DNA of 64,000 nt. It comes from an uncultured Actinomycetes bacterium (GTDB lineage: Bacteria; Actinomycetota; Thermoleophilia; Solirubrobacterales; 70-9). The stretch spans positions 5,737 through 69,736 of the forward strand of contig CAWEOH010000062.1 in assembly GCA_963810455.1 (NCBI GenBank), given 5' to 3'. Every line of letters begins with the position of its first letter. The stretch's first letter is position 1. Shown here piece by piece: positions 59,591 to 64,000 of this stretch. The position numbers and the translations under genes are program-made. The notes below the pieces were generated by a model. It saw only the letters and a list, made by a program, of their open reading frames with translations, searched no databases and had not been told where the DNA came from.

Positions 59591-60559
59591 ATGATGCGGC
59601 GTGCCGTCGCGCTCGGCGTCGGCCTCGTCGTCCTGATCATCATCGTGCTCGGCGTCAAGGGCTGCCTCGACGCGCGCGCGCACCGGGCGCTGGAAGACTA
59701 CGCGCGCAACGTCTCCCAGATCCTCAAGGAGACCGAACAGACCTCGGAAAAGTTCTTCGGGCACCTCGAAGATCCCGGGACGCTCTCGGTAACCGAGTTC
59801 ACGGGCGAGGTGGAATCCGACAGCAGCGCGATGGCCACCTTCGCCTCGCGGATCGACGGTCTCAGCGCGCCTGGCGACGTCGGCGAAGCGCAGAAGGCGC
59901 TGGAACTGGTCTACGAGCTGCGCTCGCGGGGGATGGACGCGATCGCGAGGAAGATGAAGACGGCGCTCGGCGACGCCGGCGCGGCGAAGGCGCAGGCGGC
60001 GATCGCGAGGCAGATGCAGTCGCTGCTCTCCAGCGACGTCCTCTACGAAAAGGTCGTGCGGCCGGAAGTCAACGGCGTGCTGGAAAGCAACGGGATCGAC
60101 GGCTCCGACGTCCCGAAGAGCACGATCGTGCCCGACGGGATCAAATGGCTCGAAGAAAGCTCGATCACCGGCGCGCTGGGCGCGATCAGCGGTACCGGCG
60201 GGGCGACCACCGGCGGCGTCCACGGGCTGGGCCTGATCGGGACCAGCGTCAACGGCACCGAACTGGTCGACGGCGGCGAAGCGGTCGTCACCGCGGCAGA
60301 AGAATTCGTCGTCGAAGCCAGGGTCGCGAACCAGGGCGAAGCGACCGAGAACGGGATCGAAGTCGAAGCGAAGGTCGCCGGGGGCGCCAGCATGGCGGCG
60401 AAGATCGAATCGCTCGAAGCCGGCGCAGAAGAAACCGCGACGATCTCGCTGACGCCGGTGCCGACCGGGACGGTGACGCTGGAAGTGAAGGTGGCCCCGG
60501 TGCCGGGCGAGAAAGTGACGACGAACAACGAAGCCACCTACAAAGTCATCGTCGGGTAG
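59591..60559 (+). CDS. Membrane-anchored protein with a C-terminal CARDB-like domain
   Basis: The N-terminus is MMRRAVALGVGLVVLIIIVLGV (TM). The C-terminus reads ..EFVVEARVANQGEATENGIEVEAKV....IESLEAGAEETATISL....VTLEVKVAPVPGEKVTTNNEATYKV. The start could be a few codons upstream. Confidence 0.7.
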   Translation: MMRRAVALGVGLVVLIIIVLGVKGCLDARAHRALEDYARNVSQILKETEQTSEKFFGHLEDPGTLSVTEFTGEVESDSSAMATFASRIDGLSAPGDVGEAQKALELVYELRSRGMDAIARKMKTALGDAGAAKAQAAIARQMQSLLSSDVLYEKVVRPEVNGVLESNGIDGSDVPKSTIVPDGIKWLEESSITGALGAISGTGGATTGGVHGLGLIGTSVNGTELVDGGEAVVTAAEEFVVEARVANQGEATENGIEVEAKVAGGASMAAKIESLEAGAEETATISLTPVPTGTVTLEVKVAPVPGEKVTTNNEATYKVIVG

Positions 60560-60566
60560 GCCTGCG

Positions 60567-61400
60567 ATGCGCGTCGCCTTCCTCGGTCCCGCCGGCACCT
60601 TCACCGAAGACGCGCTCGGCGAGGCCTGGGGCGACGGCGAGCTGCAGCCGCTGCGGACGGCGACGATCCCCGACGCGATCCTCGCCGTCGAGCGCGGCGA
60701 GGCGGACCGGGCGCTGGTCCCGATCGAGAACTCGATCGAGGGCTCGGTGCGGCCGACGCTCGACACGCTCGCCTTCGAAGCCGGGGGCGTGACGATCGTC
60801 GGCGAGCACGACTTCCGCGTGCGGGTCCACCTCGTCGCCCGCGAGGGGGTGGCGATCGAGGAGGTCGAGGCGGTGCTCTCCCACCCGCAGCCGCTCGCCC
60901 AGTGCGCCCGCTTCCTGCGCACGACCCTGCCGGGGGTCGAACAGCGCAGCGTCAGCAGCACCGCGGCGGCGGTGCGGATGGTCAGCGAGAGCACGCGACC
61001 CTGGGCGGCGCTCGGCGGCCGCGCCGCGGCCGAGCTCTACGGCTGCGTGCTGCTGCGCGAGGGGGTCGAGGACGAGAGCGGCAACGTCACCCGCTTCCTC
61101 TGGATCGCGCCGGCCGGGACCGAGGCCGGCGGGGCGGGGCCGTGGAAGACCTCGCTCGTCTTCTCGGAGCTGGGCGAGGACCACCCCGGGGCGCTGGTCG
61201 ACGCCCTCGCCGAGTTCTCCTCGCGCCGGATCAACCTGACCCGGATCGAGTCGCGGCCGCTGCGGCAGGAACTCGGCCGCTACATGTTCTTCATCGACCT
61301 CGAGGGGCAGCTGCAGGACGAGCCGGTGGCCGCGGCGGTCGCCGCCCTGCGCACGAAGGCCGAATCGGTCCGCATCCTCGGCTCCTACTCGCTCGCCTGA
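60567..61400 (+). CDS. pheA: Prephenate dehydratase
   Basis: The product contains MRVAFLGPAGTFTEDA...LVPIENSIEGSV...TRFLWI...(ACT domain) FSSRRINLTRIESRP...YMFFIDLEG. Confidence 0.92.
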   Translation: MRVAFLGPAGTFTEDALGEAWGDGELQPLRTATIPDAILAVERGEADRALVPIENSIEGSVRPTLDTLAFEAGGVTIVGEHDFRVRVHLVAREGVAIEEVEAVLSHPQPLAQCARFLRTTLPGVEQRSVSSTAAAVRMVSESTRPWAALGGRAAAELYGCVLLREGVEDESGNVTRFLWIAPAGTEAGGAGPWKTSLVFSELGEDHPGALVDALAEFSSRRINLTRIESRPLRQELGRYMFFIDLEGQLQDEPVAAAVAALRTKAESVRILGSYSLA

Positions 61401-61423
61401 GCCACCGCCGCGCGTCCCGCCGG

Positions 61424-61467
61424 CCGACGGGCCGCTTTGCCCACCACCGGGCGACAAATCGGCCCGT
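61424..61467. repeat. Degenerate copy of the CCGACGGGCCG...CGGCCCGT hairpin element
   Basis: CCGACGGGCCGCTTTGCC...GGCGACAAATCGGCCCGTGGG lies downstream of pheA. Its outer arms match 34796-34842. Confidence 0.5.
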
Positions 61468-61522
61468 GGGCGCTCGGAGTCCAGGGGGGTCGGGGCGGCT
61501 GTCCCTACAATTCGCGGGCAGC

Positions 61523-62032
61523 ATGGCAAGGGTCCTTGTACTCAACGCGACGTACGAGCCGATCAACGTCTGCACTCTGCGACGCGCGACCGTGCTGCTG
61601 CTGAAGGAAAAGGCCGAGCTGCTCGAGCGCCGCGCCGGCGCCGCGCTGCACTCCGAGCACATGACGATCGAGCGGCCCGACGTGATCCGCCTCGTCTCCT
61701 ACGTCCGCATCCCGCGCGAGGCGCACCGCCGCAAGATCACCCGCCGCGCGGTGCTCGCCCGCGACTCCTGGACCTGCCAGTACTGCGGCTCGACCAAATC
61801 GGGCCTCACCGTCGACCACGTGATCCCCCGCTCCCGCGGCGGCGAATCGGTCTGGGAGAACATCGTCGCCGCCTGCGCCACCTGCAACCGCCGCAAGGGC
61901 AACCGCCTCCCCCGCGAGATCCAGATGCACCCGAAAAAGGTCCCCAAGGCCCCCGCTCCGACGGTCTTCATCCAGGTCGCCAGCCCGAAGATCCCGACCA
62001 ACTGGCAGCAGTACTTACCGGCGGCGGCCTGA
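61523..62032 (+). CDS. HNH endonuclease
   Basis: The 169-aa product contains ..DSWTCQYCGS....LTVDHVIPRSRGGESVWENIVAACATCNRRKGN. Confidence 0.88.
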   Translation: MARVLVLNATYEPINVCTLRRATVLLLKEKAELLERRAGAALHSEHMTIERPDVIRLVSYVRIPREAHRRKITRRAVLARDSWTCQYCGSTKSGLTVDHVIPRSRGGESVWENIVAACATCNRRKGNRLPREIQMHPKKVPKAPAPTVFIQVASPKIPTNWQQYLPAAA

Positions 62033-62070
62033 GGCGCGATGACCGGCGCGGATTCGGCGCCTCCCCGACG

Positions 62071-62095
62071 TCCCGCGTAGCGCTGCTACGCGGGA
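62071..62095. terminator. Bidirectional hairpin between the HNH gene and gyrA
   Basis: TCCCGCGTAGC-GCT-GCTACGCGGGA has an 11-bp perfect stem. Confidence 0.5.
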
Positions 62096-62123
62096 GTCGT
62101 GTAGTGACCGCCCCGCTTGGTCC

Positions 62124-64000
62124 TCACGCCTCAGGACCGGCGCCATCGGGCCCGGCGGCCTCGGGGAGCTGCTCGGTCTGCGGCTCGTCGGCGGTGGTGC
62201 CGGCGTCGGACTCGGACTCGACCACGAGGGCGACGGCGCTGACGACGTCGTCGTCGCGCAGGTTCATCACTTTGACCCCCTGGGTGGCGCGGCCCATCTG
62301 GGAGATGCCGCCGACCGAGGTGCGCTGGACCATGCCGTGGTGGGAGATGAAGAGCAGGTCCTGGTGCTCGCCGACGATCAGGGCGCCGGCGAGGCCGCCC
62401 TTCTTCTCGGTGATCTTCAGGGTCAGCACCCCCTTCGTGCCGCGGCCCTTGACCGGGTACTCGGCGACCGGCGTGCGCTTGCCGTAGCCGTTCTCGGTGA
62501 CGACGAACAGTTCGGTGTCGTTGCGGGCGATGTCCATCGCCAGCACCCGGTTGTCCTCGCCGGCGACGTTCATGCCCTTGATCCCGCTGGTGTCGCGGCC
62601 CATCGGCCTGACCAGCTCCTCGGAGAAGCGCGCGGCGTGGCCGGAGTGGGAGACGAGCAGGACGTCGTCTTCACCGGAGGTGAGCCGCACCCCGACCAGC
62701 TCGTCCGCCTCGCGCAGCTTGATCGCGATGATCCCGTCGGCGCGGATCGGCGTGTTGTAGGCGAGGAACTCCGTCTTCTTGATCAGCCCGTTGGCGGTGG
62801 CGAAGACGAGGTACTTGTTCTCTTTGAAGTCGCGGGTCGGGATCACCGCCATCACCCGCTCCTCTTCGCGCAGCGGCAGCAGGTTGCGCAGCGAGCTGCC
62901 TTTCGAGGTGCGCGAACCCTCCGGCAGCTCGTACACCTTGAGCCGGTAGACCTTGCCGCGGTTGGTGAAGAAGAGCAGGTAGTCGTGGGTCGAGCAGATG
63001 TGGAGGTGGGCGATGTAGTCGTCCTCTTTCAGGTTCATCCCCATCACCCCGACGCCGCCGCGGCGCTGCTGGCGGTAGGTGGCAAGCGGCAGCCGCTTGA
63101 CATAGCCCGAGGCGGTCAGCGAGATCACCATCTGCTGCTCGGCGATCATCTCCTCGATGCCGACGTCGCCCTCGAAGGCGGTGACTTCGGTGCGGCGCTC
63201 GTCGCCGTAGGAGGCGACGATTTCCGCCAGCTCGTCCTTGACCAGGCCCATCACCCTGGCTTCGTCGCCGAGGATCGCCCGCAGCTCGCCGATCCGCTCC
63301 ATCAGGTCGGCATGCTCGGCGCGGACTTTGTCGGCCTCGAGCGCGGTCAGGCGCTGCAGTCGCATGTCGAGGATCGCCTGCGCCTGCTCGCGCGAGAGCT
63401 CGAATTTCTCGATCAGCCCGTCGCGCGCCTCGTCCGGGTCCTGCGAGGCGCGGATCAGTTTGATCACCGCGTCGAGGTTGTCGAGCGCGACCAGCAGCCC
63501 CTCGAGGATGTGGGCACGCGCCTCGGCCCGGCGCAGTTCGTACTGGGTGCGGCGGGTGACGACCTCGCGCTGGTGTTCCACGTAGTGGTGGACCAGCTCG
63601 CGCAGGCTCAGGGTCCGCGGCACGCCGTCGACCAGCGCCACCATGTTGGCGCCGAAGGTCGACTGCATCGCGGTTTTCTTGTAGAGGTTGTTGAGGACGA
63701 CTTTGGCCGGCGGGCCGCCGCGCTTGAGCTCGATCACGAGCCGCATCCCGGAGCGGTCGGACTCGTCGCGCAGGTCGGAGATCCCGTCCAGTTTCTTGTC
63801 GCGGACGAGGTCGGCGATCTTGGTGATCAGGCCGCCTTCGCCGCCCTTCTTCACCGTGAACGGCAGCTCGGTGACGATGATCGCCTCCTTGCCGCCCTTG
63901 AGCGGCTCGACGTGGGCGCGAGCGCGCACGCGGATGCTGCCCCGGCCGGAGGCGTAGGCGTCGCGGATCCCCTCGCGGCTCATGATCCCGCCGCCGGGGA
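62124..64000 (-). CDS. gyrA: DNA gyrase subunit A (N-terminus lies beyond the window end)
   Basis: The product contains ...KGGKEAIIVTELPFTVKKGG...GISDLRDESDRSGMRLVIELKR..., followed by C-terminal beta-pinwheel repeats and an acidic tail. The frame stays open to position 64000. Confidence 0.93.
   Translation of the reverse strand, partial: PGGGIMSREGIRDAYASGRGSIRVRARAHVEPLKGGKEAIIVTELPFTVKKGGEGGLITKIADLVRDKKLDGISDLRDESDRSGMRLVIELKRGGPPAKVVLNNLYKKTAMQSTFGANMVALVDGVPRTLSLRELVHHYVEHQREVVTRRTQYELRRAEARAHILEGLLVALDNLDAVIKLIRASQDPDEARDGLIEKFELSREQAQAILDMRLQRLTALEADKVRAEHADLMERIGELRAILGDEARVMGLVKDELAEIVASYGDERRTEVTAFEGDVGIEEMIAEQQMVISLTASGYVKRLPLATYRQQRRGGVGVMGMNLKEDDYIAHLHICSTHDYLLFFTNRGKVYRLKVYELPEGSRTSKGSSLRNLLPLREEERVMAVIPTRDFKENKYLVFATANGLIKKTEFLAYNTPIRADGIIAIKLREADELVGVRLTSGEDDVLLVSHSGHAARFSEELVRPMGRDTSGIKGMNVAGEDNRVLAMDIARNDTELFVVTENGYGKRTPVAEYPVKGRGTKGVLTLKITEKKGGLAGALIVGEHQDLLFISHHGMVQRTSVGGISQMGRATQGVKVMNLRDDDVVSAVALVVESESDAGTTADEPQTEQLPEAAGPDGAGPEA

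Noticed and set aside
1-64000. Looked for rRNA and tRNA genes, CRISPR arrays, intact IS elements or integrases, and toxin-antitoxin pairs.
   Set aside because: No regularly spaced direct repeats, no cloverleaf-capable GGTTCGA-type loci and no transposase- or integrase-like translations were seen in any frame.

Overview
This is a very GC-rich chromosomal window (GC not computed) whose gene content looks like Actinobacteria, possibly Thermoleophilia or Rubrobacteria. It appears origin-proximal, because gyrA runs off the right edge. I can support about 58 protein-coding genes or gene remnants and no rRNA, tRNA or CRISPR array.

Gene content from left to right:
- 224-1088: a decayed mobile-element remnant made of a truncated DNA methyltransferase facing a truncated AAA_25-like ATPase.
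- 1044-19576: assorted housekeeping and accessory genes. These are a MOSC protein, an alpha/beta hydrolase, an AlkD-like repair protein, a queuosine-salvage gene, SDRs, a Kelch/beta-propeller exoprotein, an SGNH lipase, kup, a DUF559 protein, a GroES paralogue, a GGDEF cyclase, two MFS transporters and a MEDS-kinase fusion.
- 19619-24416: a LexA-box-controlled imuB / small ORF / dnaE2 mutasome cassette.
- 24466-27320: four paralogous TetR regulators in a row.
- 28180-30189: a patatin-like/Vps62-like fusion protein.
- 30660-33108: a sugar porter and metF.
- 33210-46679: a complete Wzx/Wzy-type surface-polysaccharide locus with unusual accessory genes, plus dedA and uppP.
- 50247-59482: the conserved actinobacterial cell-wall and Ser/Thr-signalling cluster (kinase, fhaA, fhaB, pstP, rodA, pbpA, pknB), here followed by ddl.
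- 60567 to the window end: pheA, an HNH endonuclease and gyrA.

Most notable observations:
1. At least six otherwise conserved genes, including pstP, are split by a single +/-1 frameshift. Most of these sit at or next to short G/C homopolymers.
2. fhaA has a conserved N-terminus that can only be reached from a non-canonical ATC codion behind a perfect Shine-Dalgarno sequence (no ATG, GTG, TTG or CTG is available).
3. Several perfect palindromes sit in divergent promoters.
4. Two small families of repeated intergenic hairpins are present.
5. The patatin-like domain has both catalytic motifs degenerate and is fused to a Vps62-like domain.

All calls come from reading the translations and the DNA by eye. 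No database search was run.
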